Below are positions 28,114 to 35,992 of a stretch of 64,000 bases of DNA, piece after piece. The position numbers and the translations under genes were made by a program. Each line of letters opens with the position of its first letter. Positions within the stretch are counted from its first letter, which is position 1. The notes under the pieces are model-generated. The model did no database searches, was not told the origin of the DNA, and saw only the letters and a program-made list of their open reading frames with translations. The stretch spans positions 141 through 64,140 of the forward strand of contig CAYUNW010000004.1 in the NCBI GenBank assembly GCA_964446235.1, in the 5' to 3' direction. This DNA is from an uncultured Gammaproteobacteria bacterium. GTDB lineage: Bacteria; Patescibacteriota; Microgenomatia; 2-02-FULL-39-11.

Positions 28114-29406
28114 TCAACGACCCATTCTGAATACTCCACCGCCTGTTCTGGTAAACGGAGAATTTGCACCTCCATTTTGATTTTGTGAAGAAGAAGTAAT
28201 GTTTCCGGTTACAACCACTTCTCCCTCTTCTAAACCGGAAATGATTTCTGACTGACTATCAGATGTTAATCCTATTTCAACCGGTATATATCTTATCTGA
28301 CCGTTTTGTAAAACTTCCACGGCCGATACTCCATCCTGAGTTTGAACTGCGCTTGACGGTACAAGTAAAACATCGTTTTTAGAAGAAATTATAATATTTG
28401 CAGTAACTGACATATTTGGTAATATTTGATTGGAATTTGAATCAAGTTTGATAATTGACGGATATTGAGTCACATTACTTGTAGTTGTCCCTATCCTATC
28501 TACACCTGTTACTACTCCGGTAAATGTCTTATCTGAAATACTATCCAAAGTAATTGTGGCTTTCTGACCGATTTGTACTTTAGAAACATCAATTTCGGAT
28601 AAATTCACGCTGACAATTGGAGTACCTTGTGTTTCTACTGTTGCTACTTTTTGGTTTGAAGAAGTATTTCCGGTGTCCAAAGATCCGATACTCATTCCAT
28701 CAGTAAACATCAAAGATGTAATTGTACCATCTGTCGGAGCGGTAATTATTGAAGATGTTAACTGATATTCAAGCCAGGAATTATTTATTGATGCTTGCGC
28801 TTGTGCAATAACTGCTTCTTGATTTTTATACTTAGCTTCTGCAGCTAACCATTCCTTTTGCGGAATATGAAATTCTGGTAAATTCCGTGTAGCACTATTT
28901 ATATCTTCATAAGTACTGCTTTCTGCCAACTCTTTAAAAGTATCCCATTTCGAAAACATATCTGCCTGCAAAGTTAACTGTGTTGCTTTGGCTGATTCCA
29001 AACTGTTTTTTGCTAATAAATATGATGACCAAGCGGCCGCGTTTTTCTGTCTTCCTTGAAAATCCAAATCGATCTCCAGAATTTTATCTCCTTTTCTGAC
29101 AATATCACCATCTTTAACATAGACTTTTTTCACAATTCCGGATGCTTTTGTGTTTGCACTCATGATATTTACACTTAAAACTTGTCCTGACGCAGATACG
29201 CTTGAAACGATATTTCCTTTTGTAACTTTTTCTGTTTGATAAGCTTGAGTATTATTTTTTTGGGTAAAAAATTTATTATAGGAAAAAGCTAAAACAATAA
29301 TAAATATGATAATTCCGCCAGATATTTTAGGTTTTTTAAAAATAAATTTCCGAATTTTTAGAATAATACTTGAAGAGGAATCATTTTCTTTTTTCTTTTC
29401 TGTCAT
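28114..29406 (-). CDS. HlyD/MacA-type periplasmic adaptor (membrane fusion) protein
   Basis: N-terminal TM helix, lipoyl/barrel-sandwich motifs (IVKKVYVKDGDIVRKGDKILEIDL), a long coiled coil and a beta-barrel. Confidence 0.75.
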   Translation of the reverse strand: MTEKKKENDSSSSIILKIRKFIFKKPKISGGIIIFIIVLAFSYNKFFTQKNNTQAYQTEKVTKGNIVSSVSASGQVLSVNIMSANTKASGIVKKVYVKDGDIVRKGDKILEIDLDFQGRQKNAAAWSSYLLAKNSLESAKATQLTLQADMFSKWDTFKELAESSTYEDINSATRNLPEFHIPQKEWLAAEAKYKNQEAVIAQAQASINNSWLEYQLTSSIITAPTDGTITSLMFTDGMSIGSLDTGNTSSNQKVATVETQGTPIVSVNLSEIDVSKVQIGQKATITLDSISDKTFTGVVTGVDRIGTTTSNVTQYPSIIKLDSNSNQILPNMSVTANIIISSKNDVLLVPSSAVQTQDGVSAVEVLQNGQIRYIPVEIGLTSDSQSEIISGLEEGEVVVTGNITSSSQNQNGGANSPFTRTGGGVFRMGR

Positions 29407-29448
29407 AGTTAATAAATTTAATAATATTTATAATATTATTTTATATAA

Positions 29449-29466
29449 CTGAGAACAAGCTGAGAA
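29449..29466 (-). promoter_or_regulatory. pho-box-like 7-4-7 direct repeat (TTCTCAG-cttg-TTCTCAG), candidate response-regulator site before the efflux operon
   Basis: The plus strand reads CTGAGAA-CAAG-CTGAGAA. It lies 42 nt upstream of the ATG at 29406, with A/T -10-like hexamers 8-10 nt downstream. Confidence 0.55.
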
Positions 29467-29481
29467 TTGATAATGTATTAT

Positions 29482-29514
29482 AAAAAATACTCCCTTTTAA
29501 AAGGGAGTATTTTT
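29482..29514 (-). terminator. rho-independent terminator after the 29536..30063 gene
   Basis: Perfect hairpin AAAATACTCCC-TTTTAAAA-GGGAGTATTTT with T-runs on both strands. Confidence 0.65.
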
Positions 29515-29535
29515 GGATGTTGACCGCTTTTATAA

Positions 29536-30063
29536 TTACCAACCTCTCATAGAAAATCCTCTCCCGAATCTTTTATTACCTCCCATCAAGCCAAATCCCA
29601 TAAAGTCTCTATAATTTATCCCTTGGGAATTTACCCAGTCTTGCATTTCTTTTTTTAAGGCTTGTATTTTTTCTTTTCTTTCTGTTGGCATCAAGCTTTG
29701 CCAGTTTACTTTCTGCTCTTGCATTTTATTGTGAAACTCTAAGATTTTAGCTTTTTGCTCCTCAGTAAGCTTTCCGTCTTTGACTGCCTGACTTAATTTT
29801 TCTTCAAAATTTGCTTGCGCATCTTTCTGTTTTTCAATTCTAAAATCATTCATGACATTTTTAACTTCATCTTTATTTAGATTAAATTTATCGATAATGC
29901 GTTGAATTACGGGCGGAAAAGAATAATCGTTTGAAATCTGAGTTTCCCCATCTTTTTTCCAACCGTCAAAAGGCCAAAAAGCATCGACACCGTCTGTCGG
30001 TTTTAGATAAACCGTCAATATAAATAATAGTAAAGATGTAGTAAATATAATTTTTTTTCTCAT
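29536..30063 (-). CDS. secreted helical protein with G/R/F-rich C-terminus (function unknown)
   Basis: The ATG at 30063 is preceded by AAGGAGG at 8-nt spacing, whereas the listed GTG at 30072 lies inside that Shine-Dalgarno. Signal peptide, then Lys/Glu-rich helices (LTEEQKAKILEFHNKMQEQ). Confidence 0.4.
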   Translation of the reverse strand: MRKKIIFTTSLLLFILTVYLKPTDGVDAFWPFDGWKKDGETQISNDYSFPPVIQRIIDKFNLNKDEVKNVMNDFRIEKQKDAQANFEEKLSQAVKDGKLTEEQKAKILEFHNKMQEQKVNWQSLMPTERKEKIQALKKEMQDWVNSQGINYRDFMGFGLMGGNKRFGRGFSMRGW

Positions 30064-30112
30064 TTTTTTCACCTCCTTATAAATAGAATTACTATTAGTT
30101 TATCCAGTAATG

Positions 30113-30130
30113 CTGAGAAAATGCTTAGAA
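30113..30130 (-). promoter_or_regulatory. pho-box-like 7-4-7 direct repeat (TTCTAAG-catt-TTCTCAG)
   Basis: The plus strand reads CTGAGAA-AATG-CTTAGAA. It lies between the kinase stop (30146) and the start of the secreted-protein gene. Confidence 0.5.
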
Positions 30131-30145
30131 GTCTAAAAATCTGTG

Positions 30146-31165
30146 TTAACTAGATTTTGCAGGTAAAATTATTTTGAAAGTAGTACCCTGATTTAAAATA
30201 CTTTTAACTTTTATTTCACCACCATAATTATCTACTATTTTTTTTGCCAATGATAAACCTAAACCAAAACCGGAAATTTGGTTTTTGGCTCTTGATTTAT
30301 CCGCTCTATAAAACCTGTCAAAAATATGCGGTAAATCAGTCTTTTCAATACCTATTCCTGTATCAGAAATTTCCAAATATACAAAATTTCTCTCTTTACC
30401 TGTCTTTATATTAATCTCTCCTTTTATTGGAGTATATTTTATGGAGTTATCAATAAATATCTGAACTAATTTAAAAATATCCTCATTTCTTGCATATACC
30501 GGTGCATTTTTCAAATCTAATGAGATTTTTTGTTTATTAGCTTTTATAAGCAGTCTAAATTTTTTTATTACAATAGAAACAACATCAGATAAATCTATAT
30601 CTTCATGTTCTAATTTTTGATTGTTGGCTTGAATACGGGCTAAGCTTAATAAATTATCAGTCAGATTCTGCATGTTTTTTATATCTTCTAAATTACTTTT
30701 TAAAATTGATTTTGCTTCATTAAGTAGCAATTTTTTATCACGTAATCCTACTTCTATAGAAGTAATTAGAGAAGTCAACGGTGTTCTAAGCTCATGGGAA
30801 GCATCGGCGACAAATCTTTTTTGTTCTTCCAATGTCTCTTCTATAGGTTTTAAGGTTTTACCGGCTAAAAAATACCCGGCAACAGATGAAAATAATAATA
30901 TCGCACCGTTTGCATAAACTAACAAAATCAATACTCTTTTTTTTGCTTGTTCCAAATCTTCAAGAAAAACCTCCAAAGGAATATCTGGCTCTAACCGAAA
31001 TGTAATTTGATCTCGTCTGACTCTCCTTTCTATTGAATTCAATCTCCTTTGAAATTCCAAACTAACTCCTTTATAAATCACCAGGCTAAAAGATAAACTA
31101 ATAGACATGATAATCAATAAATACCATAAAGTTAGTTTAACCCTTGCTTTTTCAAACATATTCAC
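30146..31165 (-). CDS. sensor histidine kinase (two TM helices, HisKA + HATPase_c)
   Basis: H-box ADASHELRTPLTS, N-box IDNSIKYTP and G-boxes DTGIGI / GFGLGLS. The start overlaps the regulator stop (ATGA). Confidence 0.9.
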   Translation of the reverse strand: MNMFEKARVKLTLWYLLIIMSISLSFSLVIYKGVSLEFQRRLNSIERRVRRDQITFRLEPDIPLEVFLEDLEQAKKRVLILLVYANGAILLFSSVAGYFLAGKTLKPIEETLEEQKRFVADASHELRTPLTSLITSIEVGLRDKKLLLNEAKSILKSNLEDIKNMQNLTDNLLSLARIQANNQKLEHEDIDLSDVVSIVIKKFRLLIKANKQKISLDLKNAPVYARNEDIFKLVQIFIDNSIKYTPIKGEINIKTGKERNFVYLEISDTGIGIEKTDLPHIFDRFYRADKSRAKNQISGFGLGLSLAKKIVDNYGGEIKVKSILNQGTTFKIILPAKSS

Positions 31166-31839
31166 TCTCCTAATTTATAACCAAAACCCCTTACAGTATG
31201 AACTAATTTTTGTTTATTTATAAACGGTTTGTCGATTTTATTTCTTAAATATCCTATATAAACTTCAACTGTATTCGGCAACACATCAGCATCATAATTC
31301 CAAACGTTATTAATTATCTGATCTTTAGTCAAAACCTTACCTTTATGCCTCATCATATATTCAAGTAATGCATATTCTTTTTTGGAAAGTATGATTTCTT
31401 TATCAAACCTGGTAACTTTGAAACTGGATGTATCAATTTTCAAATCATCCAGTTTTAAAACGTTATCAACCTGATTTTTGGGTCTTCTACCTAATGCTTT
31501 AATTCTGGCTAATAGTTCAAAAAATGAAAACGGTTTAACTACATAGTCATCAGCACCAGAGTTTAGTCCTTTTACTCTGTCTTCGACACCACCTCTTGCT
31601 GTCAGCATCAATATCGGAGTATGAACATCTTCCTCTTTACGTAATTTAAAACAAATTTCCATACCGCTGATTTTCGGTAAATTCAGATCTAAAATAATTA
31701 CATCATAGTCTTCGCTGCTTGCCAAATCAAAACCAGATTCACCATCATAAGCAACGTCAACTATTATCGATTCTTGTTCCAAACCTTTTTTTATGGAATT
31801 GGCTATCTTATGCTCATCTTCTATTATTAAAACTTTCAT
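31162..31839 (-). CDS. OmpR/PhoB-family response regulator
   Basis: MKVLIIEDEH..., DVIILDLNLP, LMLTARG and a C-terminal winged helix (VEVYIGYLRNKI...TVRGFGY). The ATG at 31839 is preferred. The listed TTG at 31887 reads through the repeat element and the -10. Confidence 0.9.
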   Translation of the reverse strand: MKVLIIEDEHKIANSIKKGLEQESIIVDVAYDGESGFDLASSEDYDVIILDLNLPKISGMEICFKLRKEEDVHTPILMLTARGGVEDRVKGLNSGADDYVVKPFSFFELLARIKALGRRPKNQVDNVLKLDDLKIDTSSFKVTRFDKEIILSKKEYALLEYMMRHKGKVLTKDQIINNVWNYDADVLPNTVEVYIGYLRNKIDKPFINKQKLVHTVRGFGYKLGE

Positions 31840-31862
31840 AAGAGCTAAATTATAACAAATTC

Positions 31863-31880
31863 CTGAGAAATACCTGAGAA
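31863..31880 (-). promoter_or_regulatory. pho-box-like 7-4-7 direct repeat (TTCTCAG-gtat-TTCTCAG) in the response-regulator promoter
   Basis: The plus strand reads CTGAGAA-ATAC-CTGAGAA. TATAAT (31854..31849) begins 8 nt downstream, and the ATG at 31839 follows 9 nt after the -10. Confidence 0.55.
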
Positions 31881-31905
31881 ATTGCAAGGTAGTTCTATAT
31901 TGACT

Positions 31906-31931
31906 TATATATTAGCATTTGCTAATATATA
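31906..31931 (+). promoter_or_regulatory. 12-2-12 inverted repeat, candidate ArsR operator overlapping its own promoter
   Basis: TATATATTAGCA-TT-TGCTAATATATA with perfect arms. It covers the spacer and -10 of TTGACT (31900..31905)-N17-TAATAT (31923..31928). GTG start at 31935. Confidence 0.55.
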
Positions 31932-31934
31932 TAT

Positions 31935-32204
31935 GTGGAAAGAGATGTAATATCAGCTTTATGTAATCCGGTTAGACTAAAATTAATTACCTGTCTGGCA
32001 AAAAATTCCAGAAATGTTGCTCAACTTATTAATTCATGCAAACTGTCGCAATCGGCAGTTTCTCAACATCTGTATAAATTGAAAAAGGCCGGTTTAGTTA
32101 AATATAAAAAAGAAGGATTATATATATTTTATTCACTTAAATATAAAAAAACTGCGCAAATTGCTGAAAATATTATTAAGTTAAAAAAGGAGATCACAAA
32201 ATGA
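31935..32204 (+). CDS. ArsR/SmtB-family transcriptional regulator
   Basis: ALCNPVRLKLITCL...VAQLINSCKLSQSAVSQHLYKLKKAGLV is a typical ArsR wHTH. GTG start. Confidence 0.8.
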   Translation: MERDVISALCNPVRLKLITCLAKNSRNVAQLINSCKLSQSAVSQHLYKLKKAGLVKYKKEGLYIFYSLKYKKTAQIAENIIKLKKEITK

Positions 32205-32824
32205 ACATAGCATATTTTCGAAAAAGTAAATATTCATTATCCGATACTATTAAAAACTTAATAAAAAATGCAGAAATATATGGATGGAAAAATTTAGGAG
32301 AGACAACATTTGGTAAAAACTCGGGAAAAATGATCCTTATTTGCCGGCCAGATTGGATAAAAACAATTTTGGACAAAAATCATAAACTGATTGGTTTTTT
32401 ACCGTGTGCAATTTCTATATTTGAAAAAAACGGTGATATCCTTATCGGTACCGGACAGCCGACGTTAATCAAAGCCTTAGCTCAAAATGAAGATATTACC
32501 AATCTTGCAACAGAAGCAGAAAAACAAATCAAAAATTTGATTCATAAATCTGCAGGAGTAAGCGAAATGAAGGTGGCTAGTGTTAAACTTTATTCCACAA
32601 TGACTTGCCCTTATTGCAAAATGGAACAATCATGGCTTGAAAACAATAAAATTAAACATGATATTATTCATGTCGATCTCAACCCAAAAGCAGCTCAAGA
32701 TATGGTTGAAAAAACCGGTCAAATGGGAGTACCGGTCACCGAAATAACTTACGACGAAGGCGAATCAGAATATATCATCGGATTTGATAAGCCTAAATTA
32801 AGTCAACTATTGGGAATTGAATAA
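32201..32824 (+). CDS. DUF302 domain fused to a glutaredoxin-like (CPYC) domain
   Basis: The N-terminal roughly 125 aa are DUF302-like (LPCAISIFEKNGDILIGTGQP). The C-terminus VKLYSTMTCPYCKMEQSWL...GVPVTEI is a NrdH/glutaredoxin fold. The start overlaps the arsR stop (ATGA). Confidence 0.7.
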   Translation: MNIAYFRKSKYSLSDTIKNLIKNAEIYGWKNLGETTFGKNSGKMILICRPDWIKTILDKNHKLIGFLPCAISIFEKNGDILIGTGQPTLIKALAQNEDITNLATEAEKQIKNLIHKSAGVSEMKVASVKLYSTMTCPYCKMEQSWLENNKIKHDIIHVDLNPKAAQDMVEKTGQMGVPVTEITYDEGESEYIIGFDKPKLSQLLGIE

Positions 32825-32832
32825 TAAATATT

Positions 32833-33120
32833 TTATTTTGTATATTTCTCAATTCTGATAGCTTTTCCGTATATTATCGCTTGAGATAGCTTTATAAAAG
32901 CACTTTTTAAAATCCTGGCAAATGTCGGTTGAGATATGTTCATCATTTTTGCAGCCTCTATTTGCTCAAATCCATCAATATTATATATTTTAATCGCTTC
33001 CAACTCATCCGGAAAAAGAGTGATCTCTTCGAGACTTCTCAAAGGAATACCACGAGGTTTAAAGTAATAAATATTTGGTTTGAATTTTATAAATCTGGGC
33101 AATTTAGGCCTGGTCATCAA
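32833..33120 (-). CDS. DUF134 (UPF0251) HTH protein
   Basis: RPKLPRFIKFKPNIYYFKPRGIP...ELEAIKIYNIDGFEQIEAAKMMNISQPTFARIL matches the DUF134 pattern (sigma-70 region-4-like HTH). Confidence 0.75.
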   Translation of the reverse strand: MMTRPKLPRFIKFKPNIYYFKPRGIPLRSLEEITLFPDELEAIKIYNIDGFEQIEAAKMMNISQPTFARILKSAFIKLSQAIIYGKAIRIEKYTK

Positions 33121-33198
33121 ATAACTCCTCTATACATTTATTATATGACCATATATTAAGTTTTTGATCGTCAAATACTCAATATATATAAAATAAAC

Positions 33199-33468
33199 TT
33201 ATTGCTGTTTTTGGATAACGGAAAGCTCTTTATTAACATCTTCTAATTCTTCCTCTAAGGCTTTTTTGTAATCTTTAATATCATCTATTTCATCCTCTTT
33301 TGTTTGTGAAATATTCCACCCAAAATATTTACCTAATCCACGACCTTTTCCTTGACCTCTTCTATGTCCAAAACCCATTCCAAACCATCTGGCTCTCCGA
33401 CAAAATCCAAAACCTCCTCCAGTCATCTGACCTCGTCCTTGCGGTCCGCTTCCATCATAATTTGGCAT
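33199..33468 (-). CDS. DUF5320 family protein
   Basis: MPNYDGSGPQGRGQMTGGGFGFC... is a Gly-rich N-terminus, followed by a C-terminal coiled coil, as in DUF5320. Strong GAAGGGGGTGA Shine-Dalgarno. Confidence 0.65.
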   Translation of the reverse strand: MPNYDGSGPQGRGQMTGGGFGFCRRARWFGMGFGHRRGQGKGRGLGKYFGWNISQTKEDEIDDIKDYKKALEEELEDVNKELSVIQKQQ

Positions 33469-33487
33469 GAATTCTCACCCCCTTCTT

Positions 33488-33505
33488 TATGAATATATAT
33501 TCATA
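33488..33505 (-). promoter_or_regulatory. perfect 18-bp palindrome, candidate operator on the DUF5320-DUF134 promoter
   Basis: TATGAATATATATTCATA overlaps the -10 and predicted start site of the minus-strand promoter TTGACA (33531..33526)-N17-TATTAT (33508..33503). Confidence 0.5.
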
Positions 33506-33551
33506 ATAACAGGATTTGGAGATTTTGTCAATTTTTCTAAGTTTATTTTTC

Positions 33552-34298
33552 TCAGATGAAAAGGAGACTAAATGCAATCATAAGCATCCCACATATAACT
33601 CCTGCGATCGCTGTATGACCTTGCCAATATTCAAAACATGACGGCAACAATTCATCAAAACTAATGAAAACCATTATACCTGCAATAAAGGCAAAAAGAG
33701 AAAATAGAAATGTTTGACTTATAAAAGGGCTTAAAATAAAAAATGTTAGCAATCCACCTATCGGTTCTGCAATTCCAGCAAGAAAGGAATAACCTAAACT
33801 CAACCAGATATTTTTTGTAACAAAATAAATCGGTACGCTTACTGCAATACCTTCAGGAATATTATGAAGTGCGGTGGCAAAAGCTATCAAATAGCCATAT
33901 TTTATATTTCCAAACGAACTCATAAAAACAGCTATACCTTCAGGAATATTATGAATGGTAATTCCCAACATCACCATGGCTCCTGTTACCATCAATTTAT
34001 CGTACTGTTTTCCATTTTTTAGACATACTTTTGAATAATGATGAGGAACAATGTAATCAATAATTCCGATGAATAGAATTCCGAAGAAAAAAAAGACATT
34101 TGTAGAAAGAAATCCAATATGACTAAAAGCACTTGGGAGCAATTCTACGAATGAAAGATATATCATTGCTCCGGCAGACAATCCTAAGAAAAAACTTAAA
34201 AATCTTCTGTTTATATTTTTAATAAACAGAATAATCATACCTCCAATTACAGTTGACAAACCTGCTAATAATGTCAATAACAAAGGAATAAACACCAT
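33552..34298 (-). CDS. zupT: ZIP-family zinc transporter ZupT
   Basis: Eight TM helices with two HNIPEGIAV motifs. Confidence 0.85.
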   Translation of the reverse strand: MVFIPLLLTLLAGLSTVIGGMIILFIKNINRRFLSFFLGLSAGAMIYLSFVELLPSAFSHIGFLSTNVFFFFGILFIGIIDYIVPHHYSKVCLKNGKQYDKLMVTGAMVMLGITIHNIPEGIAVFMSSFGNIKYGYLIAFATALHNIPEGIAVSVPIYFVTKNIWLSLGYSFLAGIAEPIGGLLTFFILSPFISQTFLFSLFAFIAGIMVFISFDELLPSCFEYWQGHTAIAGVICGMLMIAFSLLFI

Positions 34299-34326
34299 AA
34301 TATCAAGTGAATTTTAAATTCAAATT

Positions 34327-34575
34327 CTATTCTTCTCTTACTACGGTAATTGTACATTCAGTGACCAAAGCAGCAATTGCCCCGACCGCTGCAAGAATAG
34401 GCGCAACAACAGCACCGACAACTCCTATTGTTAAAGGGAATTCAACAAAAGTCTTCCCCGATTTATCATTTATAATTATCCTTCTCACATTTCCTTCTTT
34501 GATAAGTTTTTTTACCTTTTTGATTAATTTTTCACCGTTTATATTAAATGTTTCTTTTTTCTCTTTTTTTATCAT
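34327..34575 (-). CDS. DUF4342 domain protein
   Basis: INGEKLIKKVKKLIKEGNVRRIIINDKSGKTFVEFPLTIGVVGAVVAPILAAVGAIAALVTECTI matches the DUF4342 pattern. Confidence 0.65.
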   Translation of the reverse strand: MIKKEKKETFNINGEKLIKKVKKLIKEGNVRRIIINDKSGKTFVEFPLTIGVVGAVVAPILAAVGAIAALVTECTITVVREE

Positions 34576-34595
34576 TTATAATTACCTCCTAAATA

Positions 34596-35588
34596 TTATG
34601 TAATTTTTTTAATATCTTTTTCTTCAAATAGATCTACAGAAGTAATTTTTTGACCAAGAAGCACGAAATTTGACATGACATTGCTCATCTGATTATATGC
34701 ATTATTTAAATGTTTCTGTAATGTAGACAGATTATCTTCGGTTTTTAGATAATCTTTCTGTATTGCCCTAATAAGTTGTAAAATCTGCTTTGCTTGTTTT
34801 TCGATTTTTTGCCCTTCAAATGACATCAAAATTGTTCTCAAATATGCATAAAAAGTCATAGGAGAAACAGGCAACACTCTTTTCGAACTAGCATAATCAA
34901 ATAATTTTGGATTATTTACAACCTCATAGTAAATCGCCTCACTGGGTAAGTACATTAGGGCATAATCAATCGTTCCCTCTTCTGCAAGAATATACTTTTT
35001 GGAAATATCATCAATATGTTTTTTTACATCTTTTTCAAATTCCATATTTGCCTGTTTCTTTTCTTCATTATTTTTACTGATCAATATTTTACGGAAATTT
35101 TCCATCGGAAACTTAGAGTCAACGGGTATTATGCCGGAGCTGGTTTTTATAGCTGCATCTACAGTTACTCCTGATTTAAAAGTGTGCTGAAGAAAAAATG
35201 ATTGTTTAGGTAGCATTTGCGATAATAATTCCTTTAGAATTTGTTCTCCAATATTGCCTCTTAATTTTGGGCTTTTTAAAAAATCCTGCAGTTCCTTCAT
35301 CCCTCTCCCTATTTCACTCATTTCTCCAATATTCTTTTGTACACTGGAAATGAATTTTGCCGCATTATCAAGTCTTTCGTTTAAATCTTTTGTAGATGAC
35401 TGTAAAGTTGATACAATGTTTTTGTTTTGCTGATCAATTCTTGAATTAGTGCTTTTTAACCATTCCATGATCTCTTCCGACGGCTTTTGCTTATTTGCTA
35501 AATCGTTCAACCAAATCCTGAACAAAAATCCTAAAATTATCATTCCGATTAGAACAATTAAAATGAGTATGATTAAAAAATAAAACAT
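34596..35588 (-). CDS. rmuC: DNA recombination protein RmuC
   Basis: N-terminal TM helix, a long coiled coil and a C-terminal nuclease-like domain (VDSKFPMENF, YALMYLPSEAIYYE). Confidence 0.8.
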   Translation of the reverse strand: MFYFLIILILIVLIGMIILGFLFRIWLNDLANKQKPSEEIMEWLKSTNSRIDQQNKNIVSTLQSSTKDLNERLDNAAKFISSVQKNIGEMSEIGRGMKELQDFLKSPKLRGNIGEQILKELLSQMLPKQSFFLQHTFKSGVTVDAAIKTSSGIIPVDSKFPMENFRKILISKNNEEKKQANMEFEKDVKKHIDDISKKYILAEEGTIDYALMYLPSEAIYYEVVNNPKLFDYASSKRVLPVSPMTFYAYLRTILMSFEGQKIEKQAKQILQLIRAIQKDYLKTEDNLSTLQKHLNNAYNQMSNVMSNFVLLGQKITSVDLFEEKDIKKIT

Positions 35589-35645
35589 AAAAAATTGAAT
35601 TACTGCTTTCTATTCTAACATCAATCATTTTACAATTAAATCATT

Positions 35646-35954
35646 GTGCCACATCGATATATAAATAAACGAAATGCTTATATACAAATAATAATATGGT
35701 CAATAATCCTATTAGGATTTATTAATTACTTTCCACCTGAAGCGAAATATGTTTATTTTATTTTTTATACTTTGCTGACATTGATTATTTATTTAATTAT
35801 CAAATTATTTATAAAAGACAAATCAAAATATATCTACTTATTCTCAATAATTTTAGTTATTTTTCTTAGACAATTAAATTTACTAAACTTAATTAACTTA
35901 CTACTGATAATTTTTCTAGGGGTAATTTTTAAGCAAATCTTAAAAATCAAATAG
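35646..35954 (+). CDS. hypothetical small membrane protein
   Basis: 102 aa with 3 hydrophobic helices, a GTG start and no recognisable domain. Confidence 0.3.
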   Translation: MPHRYINKRNAYIQIIIWSIILLGFINYFPPEAKYVYFIFYTLLTLIIYLIIKLFIKDKSKYIYLFSIILVIFLRQLNLLNLINLLLIIFLGVIFKQILKIK

Positions 35955-35976
35955 TTTTGTTTTAATTATCGACTGT

Positions 35977-35985
35977 TGGTATAAT
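35977..35985 (+). promoter_or_regulatory. extended -10 promoter (TGgTATAAT) of metG
   Basis: TGGTATAAT at 35977..35985. The ATG at 35993 lies 7 nt downstream, with no Shine-Dalgarno. Confidence 0.5.
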
Positions 35986-35992
35986 TTTGACC

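Noticed and set aside
28114-29406. HlyD/MacA-type adaptor as evidence for an outer membrane (diderm envelope).
   Set aside because: Membrane-fusion-type adaptors also accompany MacB-like ABC systems in monoderm bacteria. No TolC/OMP or BAM/LPS genes are in the window, while the LCP, TagO-like and FemAB genes point the other way.
31840-31887. N-terminal 16-aa extension of the response-regulator ORF (TTG start at 31887).
   Set aside because: The extension reads straight through the 7-4-7 repeat and a perfect TATAAT. Canonical receiver domains begin at MKVLIIEDE, so the ATG at 31839 is taken as the start.
31906-31931. Possible third CIRCE, because the palindrome contains TTAGCA/TGCTAA half-sites.
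   Set aside because: The arms are separated by 2 nt rather than the CTC-N9-GAG core, so the geometry is wrong for HrcA. The position before an ArsR gene points to an ArsR operator.
34307-34603. Plus-strand 98-aa ORF opposite the DUF4342 gene.
   Set aside because: The minus-strand product matches a recognisable family (DUF4342, with the EGNVRRIII...GAIAALVT pattern). The plus-strand product is a hydrophobic mirror image with no start context.
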